64,000 nt of DNA from Malacoraja senta (GCA_038087875.1 CM075990.1:17114001-17178000); one strand, 5' to 3'. Shown: positions 25,830 through 38,803, counted from the stretch's first letter. The notes: generated by a model from the letters alone, not told the origin. Made by a program: numbers and translations.

Positions 25830-26100
25830 CTCAGCAGACTTGGTACAGGAGTTGGGAGTTTCAATGTCAACATGTGGAGATGGGGGACTCCGCCAGAGCC
25901 CAGCCTGTGAATGCGGAGCAGAACAACAGACAGCCAACCATGTCATCTCCGGGTGCCCGCTCTACCACCCACCAAATGGAGCTGTGTCAGAGCCTGGCGG
26001 ACATTGACGCCAACAGAGACAACAACCTGGCTGCTCAACACCCGGCTTGAGATCTAACTATTCCTTTTGTTTATTTATGTTTCATTCGCAAGAAGAAGAA
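25830..26100 (+). mobile_element. LINE 3' fragment with CCHC knuckle and (GAA)n tail (I/ingi-like, clade uncertain)
   Basis: Translation QSPACECGAEQQTANHVISGCPLY followed by gaagaagaa at ~26092. Confidence 0.5.
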
Positions 26101-26368
26101 TATGAATAATTAAATGTGGTGCTCAGAGAAATATCATTGTAGAATAAAGTCACCATGGGTGTCAGAAGTTGTGGGGAGAAGGCAGGAGAATGGGGCTAGG
26201 AGGGAAATATAGATCAGCCATGACTGAATGGCAATAGACTTGATGGGCCGAATGGCCTAATTCTTCTCCTATCACTTATGAACTCCATAGGACGCTGAAT
26301 GTTTAAATCTTCTAAATTGTCCTTTTTCATGCCGTAAACAAAACAACTTTCTCTTCCACCTCCTCCAG

Positions 26369-26583
26369 CTGTCCCTGGAGCTGCAGTATGCAGTAAGTGA
26401 GTACATTCTATCACTTGTCAAAACAGAACGTTGCCGCCAGACCATGTGTGGCTCTGACCTCCTGAAGATCTTGGTCAACTGCTTCAAGGAGGTTCTGGCT
26501 GATAATTCCAACCCACTGCACTTTCCGCTCATTCGGATCTTTGAGAAGCTGGCATGCCAGGCCATTGATCCACCAGTGCTCAG
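26369..26583 (+). CDS. WDFY4: WDFY4 coding exon 13
   Basis: LSLELQYAVSEYILSLVKTER...LIRIFEKLACQAIDPPVLR|GTACAG. Confidence 0.92.
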
Positions 26584-26929
26584 GTACAGTCTGCGTCTTT
26601 GTTCTAACTCAGTATACAGTCACCTCAGACACACGTGCATGCACTCACATGCACCCGTGCATACATAAACTCACAAGTGCATGCACACTGCGGAATATTC
26701 CAGATATAGTTTGTAAAACTATTTCAATATTGCTTTGTAAAAACTCTAGAATATTCTCTCCATCTGGTTCAAAAGTTCAATATATTATTATTACATGTAT
26801 CTGATACAGTGAAATCCTTTGTTTCAAATACTATTCAGAAAAAAATCATTCTATAGACAAGCACAATCATAATTATGCAACGATTTTAGTGCAAGAATAG
26901 TAGACTTCACCAAGGCCACAGAAGGGACG

Positions 26930-27350
26930 GCTGGGCTTGTACACTCTGGAGTTTAGAAGGATGAGAGGGCATCTCATTGAAACATATAAGATTGTTAAGG
27001 GTTTGGACACGCTAGAGGCAGGAAACATGTTCCCGATGTTGGGGGAGTCCAGAACCGGGGGCCACAGTTTAAGAATAAGGGGTAAGCCATTTAGAACGGA
27101 GATGAGGAAGCACTTTTTCACCCAGAAACTTGTGAATCTGTGGAATTCTGCCTCAGAAGGCAGTGGAGGCCGATTCTCTGGACACTTTCAAGAGAGAGTT
27201 AGATAGGGCTGTTAAAGAGAGCGGAGTCACGGGATATGGGGAGAAGGCAGGAACAGGGTACTGATTGTGGATGATCAGCCATGATCACATTGAATGGCAG
27301 TGCTAGCTTGAAGGGCTGAATGGCCTACTCCTGCACCTATTGTCTATGTA
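26930..27350 (+). mobile_element. CR1 LINE 3' fragment
   Basis: LYTLEFRRMRGHLIETYKI...HFFTQKLVNLWNS plus 3' UTR. Confidence 0.88.
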
Positions 27351-27738
27351 TCTATGTGTGTAAGGCTGTGGAGGCCAAGACAATGGATATTTTTAAGGCA
27401 GAGATAGATAGATTCTTGATTAGTACGGTTGTCAGAGGTTATGGGGAGAAGGCAGGAGAATGGGGTGAGGAGGGAGAGATAGATTAGCCATGATTGAATG
27501 GCGTAGACTTGATGGGCCGAATGGCCTAATTCTGCTCCTATCACTTGTGAACATATGAACTTATGAGCCAATGTACAAAGTCACCATGATTTTCCAGTGC
27601 TATTTTCTGCCCTTCACAAGGGTTAAGTTCTTAAAAGTACAGAGTATTATCTTGGACTCTGTGGCATCATAACTCATAGTTTAAATAGTTTCCTTTAACG
27701 ATGTTTACATAATTTGACTGAGTTCTGACAATTTGTAG

Positions 27739-27851
27739 AGAGTTCTTGCGCCTTGGTGACCCGCTGAACTGTGGAATTGGAAAGCCCAAGATGAGTGCTT
27801 CATCACGCAAAGATCAGCCTTCTATGTCCTGGCATCAGATTGACACCAATG
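27739..27851 (+). CDS. WDFY4: WDFY4 coding exon 14
   Basis: EFLRLGDPLNCGIGKPK...QIDTN|GTAAGG. Confidence 0.87.
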
Positions 27852-27942
27852 GTAAGGATTTGTTGGTAAGAGGGTGGGTTGTCAAACCATTGCAGGATAT
27901 AAGGATTCAATGATTCAATGATACGCTCTCAATGGTACTTAA

Positions 27943-28105
27943 AGGGCCTGTCCCACTTACGCGATTTTTTCGGCGTCTGCCGGCACCCGTCATAGTCGCA
28001 GCAGGTCACCGAAAATGTTCAAAATGTTGAATATCCAGCGGCGACCAGAAAAAGGTACGGCTCTTTGGGCGACTACTCACGACCATACAGGCGTCATGTC
28101 GCGGT
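27943..28105. mobile_element. Left half of a Harbinger-like MITE
   Basis: TAA|AGGGCCTGTCCCACTTACGCG..., no adjacent right terminus. Confidence 0.7.
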
Positions 28106-28224
28106 GTGCCCCAGTGACTTGTTTGTAATTCATAAAGATGGGTTATAATGTATGGAACATTGTTAATTTTAGTGAGTGTAACACAAGGTGCTGAATTCCT
28201 GAGCTTTGTCCCTCCTGATTCCAG

Positions 28225-28444
28225 AGCTGGGCCGGAGGAGAAGTAATACTCGGAGAAGTTCGCTCGTCGCAAGGAACAGGCCACTCCTGGCTTACAGTCT
28301 ATCCCGCCTGCCGAAGTACATGACCATCCCTCGGCACCGGGTCATGAGCCTGGTCTCCGCAATGTCGTCCCGACACTTCCATGCAGCCAGACTGACCATT
28401 GCACCGTCCTTCATCGAGTTTGATATGTCCACCATAGGCCACGG
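28225..28444 (+). CDS. WDFY4: WDFY4 coding exon 15
   Basis: LGRRRSNT...SLVSAMSSR...APSFIEFDMSTIGHG|GTAGGA. Confidence 0.88.
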
Positions 28445-29327
28445 GTAGGAGACATTGATAGAGAACCCCTGAGTCTGAAGAAGGGTCTCGACCCGAAACG
28501 TCACCCATTCCTTCTCTCCAGAGATGCTGCCTGTCCCGCTGAGTTACTCCAGCATTCTGTGTCTACCCAGGGAGTGATCAGTTTGATTGACTAATGGTTA
28601 CGGATGATGGACATCATTATCAATGAATTAATTTTATTGTTATGTGAATCTGTGGAATTCTTAGCCACAGAAGGCTGTGGAGGCCAAGTCAATGGATACA
28701 TTTAAGGCAGAGATAGATAGATTTTTGATTAGTGTGGGTGTCAGAGGTTATGAGGAGGCGGCAGGAGAATGGGGTTAGGAGGGAGAGATAGATCAGCCAT
28801 GATTGAATGGTGGAGTAGACTAAATGGGCCGAATGGCCTAATTCCTTATGGCCTTATGACGTGTACTGAGATACAGTGAAAAGCTTTTGTTGCGTGCTAA
28901 CCAGTAGGTAGAAAGACAATATATGATTACAATTGAGCCATTTACAGTATAGATACTTGATAAGGGAATAACGTTTAGTCCAAGATAAAGCCAATAAAGT
29001 CCGATCAATGATAGTCCGAGGGTCACCAATGAAGTAGATAGTAGTTCAGCACTGCTCTACAGTTGTTGATAGGATGGTTCAGTTGCCTGATAACAGCTGG
29101 AAATGAATAATCCTAGAGAAGTAAGGGTTCATTCAAACAAGTAAATGAAATAAATTAGCATTAGTAAATACATACCACCAGGAAGTGAATAATCTTGGAC
29201 AATGATAAATACAAATGACTTGATCTACTACATCCCAAAGTTTTGAAAGATGTCGCTACTAAGATTATGCATGTCCTGTTATCATCCGGTAAAAATTCAG
29301 TACTTGCTGGAATGGACCTAAATGTCC

Positions 29328-29578
29328 AACATGTTGAAAATCCAGCGGAGACCAGAAAGACGCTACGACTCTTTGGGCGACTGAGGAGACGACTCACGAC
29401 CATACAGGCGACATGTCGCGGGGTGAAGCCTGTATGGTTGTGAGTGGTCGCCCAAAGAGTCGTACCTTGTTCTGGTCGCCACTGGATTTTCAACATGTTG
29501 AACATTTTCGACGACCTGTAACGACCTATGACGGGTGCCGGCAGTCGCCGAAAAAGTCGCGTAAGTGGGACAGACCCA
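29328..29578. mobile_element. Palindromic Harbinger-like MITE lacking its left terminus
   Basis: Internal inverted arms; ends ...CGCGTAAGTGGGACAGACCCA|TAA. Confidence 0.7.
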
Positions 29579-29835
29579 TAAGGAACAGCAAATGCTCACA
29601 GTCTTTTTCTAGAGGTAGATGATTCTAACATTAAAGGGTACAGGCTTAAGGTGAGAGGGGGGAGATTTAAGAGGGACCTCAGGGGCAACTTTTCCACTCA
29701 GTATTATGGTGCATCAGTTCCATAGACAAAGTCTGATGTCCGCAATGAGGTAGAGGTGAATTGGACAGTACCCTAGCTTGTGGAACGACTGATAACAGAG
29801 AGGAAGAAACCTGAAGCGAGAACAGTCTCAAATAT

Positions 29836-30011
29836 TTAAGAAAGAACTGCAGATGCTGGAAAAATCGAAGGTAGACAAAAATGCTGGAGAAACTCAGCGG
29901 GTGAGGCAGCATCTATGGAGCGAAGGAATAGACGATGTTTCGGGTCGAGACCCTTCAGTCTGAAGAAGGGTCTCAGCCCGAAACATCGCCTATTCCTTCG
30001 CTCCAATGATG
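29836..30011. mobile_element. Inverted (fold-back) insertion of the hammerhead-motif repeat
   Basis: 13-bp duplication cagtctcaaatat at 29823-29835 and 30012-30024 encloses two opposed arms. Confidence 0.8.
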
Positions 30012-30069
30012 CAGTCTCAAATATAATCAGTTCTGAAAGGTAAACCTAACTCTTTGAATCTTTTGGCAG

Positions 30070-30146
30070 GTGCTATTTCCTGCCCACGGTGGCCACAATA
30101 TTGGGTCCCAATGCTGACTCTCCAATTGTTGGTGGAATTGGGAACG
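30070..30146 (+). CDS. WDFY4: WDFY4 coding exon 16
   Basis: CYFLPTVATILGPNADSPIVGGIGN|GTAAGC. Confidence 0.88.
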
Positions 30147-30364
30147 GTAAGCAGACGCTTGTACTTTATATTTTATTTTGTAAAGCAGGACCCGTTTCCA
30201 TGCTGTACCATTAAACTACAGACTGCTGTACACATGTCCAGAGCTCTCATTGTCTGAGGTTGTCTCACGTCAGTCGTGGCTAACAGGTATGGAGCGTATG
30301 TTTGGTCTATTTCAACCTGCTTCAATAGGCTTCAAGCAGCGAACCCTCCAGTTATCATGGGGAC

Positions 30365-30671
30365 TTTTAGTTTAGTTTAGAGATACAGCACGGAAACAGG
30401 CCCTTCGGCCCACCGAGTCTGCGCCGACCAGCGATCCCCGCACACCAGCACTATCCTACACACACTAGGGACAATTTACAATTTTACCATAGCAAATTAA
30501 TCTACACACCTGCATGTCTCTGCAGTGTGGGAGGAAACCGGAGCACCCAGAGAAAACCCACGCGGTCGCAGGGAGAACGTGCAAACTCCGTACAGACAGC
30601 ACCCGTAGTCAGGGTGGAACCCGGGTCTCTGGCGCTGTGAGGCAGCAGCTCTACCCACTGCGCCACCATGC
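30365..30671 (-). mobile_element. tRNA-derived V-SINE (HE1-like)
   Basis: Reverse complement of the 60391-60714 copy. Further minus copies at ~14575, 16275, 20808, 25140, 42005, 50715. Confidence 0.88.
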
Positions 30672-30714
30672 TAACTTCTGCTTTATTGTTCTGCCTTTGG
30701 TTTCTCTCCCTCAG

Positions 30715-30933
30715 GTTCGCGGGGGTTCCCACCACCTGTCGGCCTGGCACTCTCCACGTGGTTCATGGTTAACAGCTTCAGTTCTGCTTTTGACGCCCAT
30801 CCTGTCCGACTGCTGACCCTCTTCCGACACACGTCAAAGATGGAGAGGGACTACACCTGCTTGTCCATCCGCATATCCGCACCAGAACAGCAGCTGGTCA
30901 TTTCCACTCACGAGGAAGTGTTCGAACCTTTGG
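30715..30933 (+). CDS. WDFY4: WDFY4 coding exon 17
   Basis: SRGFPPPVGLALSTWF...HPVRLLTLFRH...EEVFEPL|GTACAG. Confidence 0.9.
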
Positions 30934-31766
30934 GTACAGAGTATCATCACTATCTCAGTACTGAACTATAGTTTAATGCTTAATGCTGCCTGTTGCCAGC
31001 CAACCAACAGTCGCTTCTCTCTTTCTTTGTTTCACTTTTAATTTAATTTTAATTTCAAGTTTCCATGTACCTAATTGTGGGTTATGGCTGTTGGCAGACG
31101 AATTTCCCTCTGGGGATGAATAAAGTCCCCGTAGGGTAATTTAGTCTGCCAACAGCCGTATCGTATCTCAAAATGCTGTCCTGCTTCCTGTAAGGTCAAC
31201 TGGTAAATATAGTATAGATCAAAACCGGTCTGAAGAAGGGTCCTGACATGAAGTCACCTATCCATGTTAGATCATATGCCCCGTAGCACAAGTGAGGTGT
31301 GATGCTCAATGTCTTGCCTTCCCGCATCTCCCAACATCAACATGACACCAAGTATTTGCAAATCTCCAACCTTAGACTGTTTGCCCATTCAGAAGTCCTC
31401 TTGGTTTGGTGTCTGACTAATTAGATCATTCTTGCTGTGTTCCCTTTCCATTCACTGATATCCTGCTTCCTGAAGGTAGACAAAAATGCTGGAGGAACTC
31501 AGCTGGTGAGGCAGCATGTATGGAGCGAAGGAATAGGTGACGTTTCGGGTCTCGACCCTGAAGACAGTTTATAGCGAAATCTCCTGCTTCCCGACCTCCC
31601 TTTAAATTTACCTGGTCTACTGTTAAATGTTTTTTTAATAATTTTGTGTTTTCACATCTAAAAGATATGAATTGAAGGTGTGTTGGAATATGAGCAGAAA
31701 TAACATTCAATAGTCTGGATAATCTCGAGAAAGTCCTAAGCCCGCTAGATAATCGGAGTTTTACTA

Positions 31767-31945
31767 TGTTTAAGAAAGAACTGCAGATGCTGGAAAAATC
31801 GAAGGTAGACAAAAATACTGGAAAACTCAGCGGGTGAGGCAGCATCTATGGAGCGAAGGGTCTCGACCCGAAACGTCACCTATTTCCTTCGCTCCATAGA
31901 TGCTGCCTCACCCTCTGAGTTTCTCCAGCATTTATGTCTACCTTT
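31767..31945. mobile_element. Inverted insertion of the hammerhead-motif repeat
   Basis: 12-bp duplication ggagttttacta at 31755-31766 and 31946-31957. Confidence 0.8.
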
Positions 31946-32346
31946 GGAGTTTTACTAAGGTACGTATAAGGGAAATAAGCCAGACACAAGTTGCTGGAGG
32001 AACTCAGCGGCACAGTCGGCATCAAGAGAGAGAGTCAAGTGTGTTTTATTGGCATATGTCCTAAAATGGAACAATGTTTAGTTTATCATTGTCACGAACG
32101 TGGAGGGACTGGATAGGTGACATTTTCAGAAGGAACTCTTCCTCCGATGTCTATGACCCAAACGTCGCCTGTCCATTCCCTCCACAGACACTGCCTGACA
32201 CACTGAGTTCCTCCCACACTTTGTAGTTTGCTCAAAATTCCAGCATCTGCAATGTCTGTTGAGAAATAAGCCAATTTGTTTACTCTTGACACTGGACGTT
32301 GTGTTACTAAAACCATCTGAACAATTCTTCTTGACGTCCGCTTCAG

Positions 32347-32525
32347 ACTGGAGTGATTCTGAGCAGGCCCAGCAGCCATCCGCACTAACCGCTGTGGAGT
32401 TCGATGTGGCCAAGTACTTGTCCATCGGTCAGTGGCACCACTTGTCTGTGACACTGACCAAGGATTGTCGAAGACACAGCACTGTCGTCGCCTACCTGAA
32501 CGGGAAAGTGATAGGAACGTCTAAG
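32347..32525 (+). CDS. WDFY4: WDFY4 coding exon 18
   Basis: WSDSEQAQ...GQWHHLSVTLTKD...LNGKVIGTSK|GTAGAT. Confidence 0.9.
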
Positions 32526-34662
32526 GTAGATCATGTGGCTTTCAATTTTAAATTGACATCATTTCACAAATGTACATTTTTCATTGCGTTCGTGTATCAA
32601 TACTGAAAGGACGTTATTGTTTACTTTGTAAGCTGTTGCAATGTTTTAAAATGAATGATACTTTTCATATGGGCCATAGAGCATTGAACAGTATAGCACA
32701 GGAACAGGCCCTTCAGCCCATAATGTCTGTGTTGAACATGATGCCAAGACTAACTCTTATTTGTCTGCACATAATCGCTGTTCCTTTATTCCCTGCATAT
32801 CCATATCCAAAGTCTCTTAAATGCCACTGTTTTATATGCCATGATGTTCAGGAATTCCTATTCAGGAATGTTCAGCATCCTCATCTCAGTCCTTGCTGTG
32901 ATCACACATTACAATTGCTCCACTCTTTTAAATCTTTATTTCACAGCAGCATTCCTACACTACTTTATTGGACTCTATCTTGCACTAAATGTTATTCCCT
33001 TTATTCTGTATGTTTACACTGTGGGTGGTTTGATTGTAATGATCTGAAGAAGGGTCTTGACCCAAAACGTCGCCCATTCCTGCCTGTCCTGCTGAGTTAC
33101 TCCAGTATTTTGTGTCTATCTTCATGTATAATCGTTTCGCTGACTGGATAGCACACAACAAAAAGCTATTCAGTGTACCTCGGTACACGTGACAATATTA
33201 AACTAAACTAAACTAAACTAAACTAGTTTCCACGCTTTATGTCAGTAACCTTCTACAGCACAAAGGTGTAGACACAAGGAACTGTAGACACTGGTTTACA
33301 TAAAAGCCACAAAGTGCTTGAGTACACAACACCACCAAGTTATGTTTGTGGACAGGACTTGTGACAATAGACAATAGGTGCAGGAGTAGGCCATTCGGCC
33401 CGTCGAGCCAGCACCGCCATTTAATGTGATCATGGCTGATCATCCACAATCAGTACTCCGTTCCTGCCTTCTCCCCATATCCCCTGACTCCGCTATTTTT
33501 AAGAGCCCTATCTAGCTCTCTCTTGAAAGTATCCAGAGAACCTGCCACCATCGCCCTCTGAGGCAGAGAATTCAGGCACTGTGCAATCTACACAGAATTT
33601 TATTAATGCATTTAGACAGAGCCTGTTCCCTTTTTGTGACAATATGCATTGGTACATCGAATTAAACACATCTGGAAAAGGAAACAACATTATTTTTAAT
33701 TCTGGCCAATAAATTAAATGGCGCCTATATTTAATAAAGGTGCATACCGGCACCTCTTTGTCTACATAAAAACAATGGATAGAGGCATAAAGTCATAGAA
33801 TCATTCAGCACAGAAACAGGCCCTTCAGCCCATCTCATCCATGCTGACCAAGATGCCCCATCTAAGCTAATCCCATTTGTCCATGTTTTGTCCATATCCT
33901 TCTGAATCTTTCCTGTTCATTTACCTATCCAGGTGTATGGGTGCATGGAATACTGCAGAGCTTAAATGATTTAGAAAGATTTAAATGATTTAAAGAACTT
34001 TTTTTTTAAAAGTCCAAAAGCATCTTGAATTAATAGATAGCGGAAAAATGAATGATATGATATTTCTCAGCATCGGACTAATAGAAAACCGTGGATTTTG
34101 TTGTGGTATTCTGCAAATCAGAGTTTATGAGTTTAGTTTATTGTCACGTGTACCGAGGTGCAGTGAAAAGCTTTTGTTGCATGCTAGCCAGTCAGCGGAA
34201 AGACAATACATGATTACAATCGAGCTGTCCACAGTGTACAGATACATGATAAGGGAATAACATGAATACTGTTTAGTACAAGATAAAGCCAGTAAATGCC
34301 GATACAAGATAGTCCGAGGTCTTCAACAAGGTAGATAGTAGTTGACTAGTGTACAAGACGGACAGGCAGCGTCTCTGGATAGAAGGAATGGGTGATCTTT
34401 CGGATCGAGACCCTTCTTCAGACCATTCCTTCTCTCAAGAGATGCTGCCTGTCCCGCTGAGTTACTCCAGTATTCAGTGTCTATCTACGGTATAAACCAG
34501 CATCTGCATTTCCTTCCTACACAGTAGTTCAGGACTGCTCGCTGGTTGTTGCTTGGATGGTTCAGTTGCCTGATAAAATCATGCAGCAATGTTCTTACTG
34601 TAGCAATGAGATTTGTCATTTATTTTACACTATATAACGTGGTCGTGCCTTGCCACCCACAG

Positions 34663-34894
34663 ATGCAGTATATTCAGACCTTCCCAGGAATGCATTTTAC
34701 TTTGGATTCCTCGGCTGTCGTCGATGTTCACGGACTTATTGGAACTCCCCAGATCTGGAAGCAGAAATCATCCTTGGCTTGGCGCCTTGGCCCAACTTAC
34801 CTACTTGAAGAGGCTATTTCTTCAGAGACGGTTGAAGTCATTTACCAACTGGGGCCAAACTATTTGGGAAACTTTCAGTCTGTTCATTTGCCTG
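34663..34894 (+). CDS. WDFY4: WDFY4 coding exon 19
   Basis: MQYIQTFPG...WKQKSSLAWRLGPTYLLEEAIS...GNFQSVHLP|GTAGGT. Confidence 0.93.
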
Positions 34895-34975
34895 GTAGGT
34901 TGGTGACCCACAGACCACCAAAAGAAATCAGTCTCAGTCAGTCCCCAAACTAACTTCTCATTTCATATTTTGCAG

Positions 34976-35127
34976 TGAGTGATTTGACCAGCACACCAGT
35001 GCCTTCAATTCTTGTGCCAGAGGAGAAAGTATCCTTTGGGATCAACGTAATCTCTTCCAAAGTGATGACCATAACAGATATACGGAAGACATTCAATGAA
35101 GTGGACAGCCGATTAATCGCAAGTGAG
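34976..35127 (+). CDS. WDFY4: WDFY4 coding exon 20
   Basis: SDLTSTPVPSILVPEEKVSFG...FNEVDSRLIASE|GTATGT. Confidence 0.92.
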
Positions 35128-36254
35128 GTATGTTCACTGAGTAGCAACAGTTCAGTTCAAAGGTAGACAAAAATGCTGGAGAAACTCAACGGGTGAGGCA
35201 GCATCTATGGAGCGAAGGAATAGGTGACGTTACGGGCTGAGACCCTTCTTCAGACTTAGTTCACTTTAGTTTATTGTCACGTGTACCGAGGTACATTGAA
35301 AAGCTTTTGTTGCGTGCTAACCAGTCAGCAGAAAGACAATACATGATTACAATCGAGCCGTCCACAGTGTATAGATACATGATAAGGGAATAACGTTTAG
35401 TGCAAGATAAAGCCAGTAAAGTCCGATCAAGACAGTGCGAGGGTCCCCGATGAGGTAAATAGTAGTTCAGGACCGCTCTCTAGTTGCGGTAGGATGATCC
35501 AGTTGCCTGATAACTGCTGGGAACACAAGGAACTGCAGGCGCTGGAACCTTGAGCAAAACACAAAGTGCTGGAAGAACTCTGTGGGTCAGGCAACATTTC
35601 GGGTCGAGTGCCTGCTTCAGTTTGAAGGAGGTCCCTGACCCAAAGCGATGCCTGTCCATCCCCTCTGCAGATGTGGGTGCAGCAATAGAGGTGCTGCCTC
35701 ACAGCGCCAGAGACCCGGGTTCCATCCTGACAACAGGTGCTGTAGGTACAGAGTTTGTACATTCTCCCTGTGACCACCTGGGTTTTCTCCGGGTGCTCCG
35801 GTTTCCTCCCAAACTCCAAAGATGTGCAGGTTTGTAGATTTTGTGACTTTTGTGAATTGCCCCTGGCATGTAGGATAGCACTAGTGTACAGGCGGTTGTG
35901 GTCAGTGTGGCCTCACTGGGCCCAAGGGCCTGTTCCCACGCTCTGTCTCTACAACTAAAATTAAGAAGCTGACTGACTACAAAGTTCCTCCAGCACTTGG
36001 TGTAATGTTCACCAAGTAGTTATTTATATACCTGGAATTTTAAATCTTATTGTTTTGTAGATTCTCTGATTTAGTGGACAAGTTAGGACCATTCAGAAAC
36101 CTGGTAACAGAGGGGATGAACCTTTCCCCGAGTCTGGTGGCACGCACTTTCAAGCTTCTGTATCTTCTTCCTGATAGGAGCGGGGAGAAGAGGGAATGAC
36201 TGGCCTGGTAAAGGTCTTTGATGATGTTGGCTGCTTCACAAGGCAGCGTGAAGT

Positions 36255-37490
36255 GTAGATGGAGTCAGTGGTGGGGAGTGTGGTGTGTATGATGGACTGG
36301 GCTAGATCTACAATGGTGGGGAGTGTGGTCTGTGTGATGGACTGGGCCACATCTACAATGGTGGGGAGTGTGGTCTGTGTGATGGACTGGGCTACATCTA
36401 CAATGGTGGGGAGTGTGGTCTGTGTGGGACTGGGCTACATCTACAATGGTGGGGAGTGTGGTCTGTGTGGGACTGGGCCACATCTACAATGGTGGGGAGT
36501 GTGGTCTGTGTGATGGACTGGGCCACATCTACAATGGTGGGGAGTGTGGTCTGTGTGGGACTGGGCTACATCTACAATGGTGGGGAGTGTGGTCTGTGTG
36601 GGACTGGGCTACATCTACAATGGTGGGGAGTGTGGTCTGTGTGGGACTGGGCTACATCTACAATGGTGGGGAGTGTGGTCTGTGTGGGACTGGGCTACAT
36701 CTACAATGGTGGGGAGTGTGGTCTGTGTGGGACTGGGCTACATCTACAATGGTGGGGAGTGTGGTCTGTGTGGGACTGGGCTACATCTACAATGGTGGGG
36801 AGTGTGGTCTGTGTGACGGACTGGGCTACATCTACAATGGTGGGGAGTGTGGTCTGTGTGACGGACTGGGCTACATCTACAATGGTGGGGAGTGTGGTCT
36901 GTGTGGGACTGGGCTACATCTACAATGGTGGGGAGTGTGGTCTGTGTGGGACTGGGCTACATCTACAATGGTGGGGAGTGTGGTCTGTGTGACGGACGGC
37001 TAGATCTACAATGGTGGGGAGTGTGGTCTGTGTGACGGACTGGGCTACATCTACAATGGTGGGGAGTGTGGTCTGTGTGGGACTGGGCTACATCTACAAT
37101 GGTGGGGAGTGTGGTCTGTGTGGGACTGGGCTACATCTACAATGGTGGGGAGTGTGGTCTGTGTGATGGACTGGGCCACATCTACAATGGTGGGGAGTGT
37201 GGTCTGTGTGATGGACTGGGCCACATCTACAATGGTGGGGAGTGTGGTCTGTGTGGGACTGGGCTACATCTACAATGGTGGGGAGTGTGGTCTGTGTGGG
37301 ACTGGGCTACATCTACAATGGTGGGGAGTGTGGTCTGTGTGGGACTGGGCTACATCTACAATGGTGGGGAGTGTGGTCTGTGTGGGACTGGGCTACATCT
37401 ACAATGGTGGGGAGTGTGGTCTGTGTGGGACTGGGCTACATCTACAATGGTGGGGAGTGTGGTGTGTGTGACGGACGGCTAGATCTACAA
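36255..37490. repeat. 43/45-bp G-rich minisatellite (~28 units)
   Basis: Unit atctacaatggtggggagtgtggtctgtgtg(at/ac)ggactgggc(t/c)ac. Confidence 0.97.
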
Positions 37491-37897
37491 CTCTGTCGTT
37501 TCTTGCGATCTTGGCCTTATCTATAGTTCCATAATAGACATACATACCTTCAGATGACAAGCTGTGTACATCTCATGCTATCTATCCATTATTGTCTCTT
37601 TGGTTTACCAACTCACTATCCCAGAGCTAATGTGGGACACTTTCGTCGTGGCAAAGATGCAATCCATGTGCAAGTTATTTTGATTGGTGGTACCAGGGTG
37701 GAGTTTCAGAGCTTCTCTCTGCTCCCACTGTCGTTCAAAGTGCTGGAATAAGCAGCGTAATTCATTGCATGTGTTAAAAAAAAAAATTAATTTGTCTCCC
37801 TAATAGCTGTTCATCAAGGACTCGAGAGATACTGAGTTGCTTTCAGTTTTCTGCTACTAATGCTGGCGTGTTCATTTTCCCCTTTTGTTGCGGGCAG

Positions 37898-38009
37898 TTG
37901 GGAATTTCTTCGCGAGATGATGCCATGCCCATTGTTCTGGTGAAAAACACTGCCAGCCATCTCCCAGGGTCAGCCCGCACTATCGGGGCGGCTCTAGCAT
38001 GCTTCTCTG
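37898..38009 (+). CDS. WDFY4: WDFY4 coding exon 21
   Basis: LGISSRDDAMPIVLVKNTASHLPGSARTIGAALACFS|GTAAGA. Confidence 0.92.
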
Positions 38010-38803
38010 GTAAGAAACGTGAAGTCATTTTACTGCAAATTAAAATAACAACATAATTACAGTAATGACGGGTTAGTTTCATGTATTTTGTGGTTTTTGT
38101 GTGTGTTTATTTAGTTGTTTTTTTACTGTTGCCGGATCAATTACCCTCTTGGGATCAATAAAGTTGTATCGTATCGTATCATATTGTAGTTATACAACAG
38201 ATAATGAACTCACTTTTAGTCAGTAATCTGGGATGTTAACTTAGAACCTAGAAAACTACAGCACAGGCACAGGCCCTTCGGCCCACAGTCTCAGTACTTA
38301 ACGTGATCCCCAGACCAACTATTACCTGCCAGAACATAATCCATATCTCTCCATCCACTGCAGATCCATCTGCCTATCCAAAAGCCTCTTAAAAGCCACG
38401 GTCTTATATGCCTCCTACACCACTCCTGGCAGCCCGTACCAGGCCCCACACGTCTCCAACTCCAACTTTGCCCCTCTCACCTAAAGCTACACCCACTAAT
38501 CTTTGATTTTTTCCATCTTAGGAAAAGGCTCTGACTGTCTACTCTATCTGTCCTATGAGAATGTTGTGTTGTGATGGTGATATTGCTCATCACTATTTGC
38601 ACAAGTCTCATGACGGGTTATTTTATCTGCCTCTCTCCATGTCCGGAGAATGTTACCATCGGCTGGGCTGTATGTCGTTTAGTTTAGTTTAGAGATACAG
38701 CATGGAAACACCTTCGCTCACATTCATCCTATGTTGTCCCCTTTCTCATCCACTCCACACACCATGGGCCAATTAGCCTCAATCCATGTGTTTTTCTTTA
38801 CAT

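Noticed and set aside
32570..33151. 193-aa plus-strand ORF
   Set aside because: Patchwork of repeat fragments; exons 18 and 19 join in phase without it.
36259..37526. Repetitive ORFs and a CRISPR-like appearance
   Set aside because: Head-to-tail minisatellite with no unique spacers and no cas genes; the ORFs are translations of the repeat.
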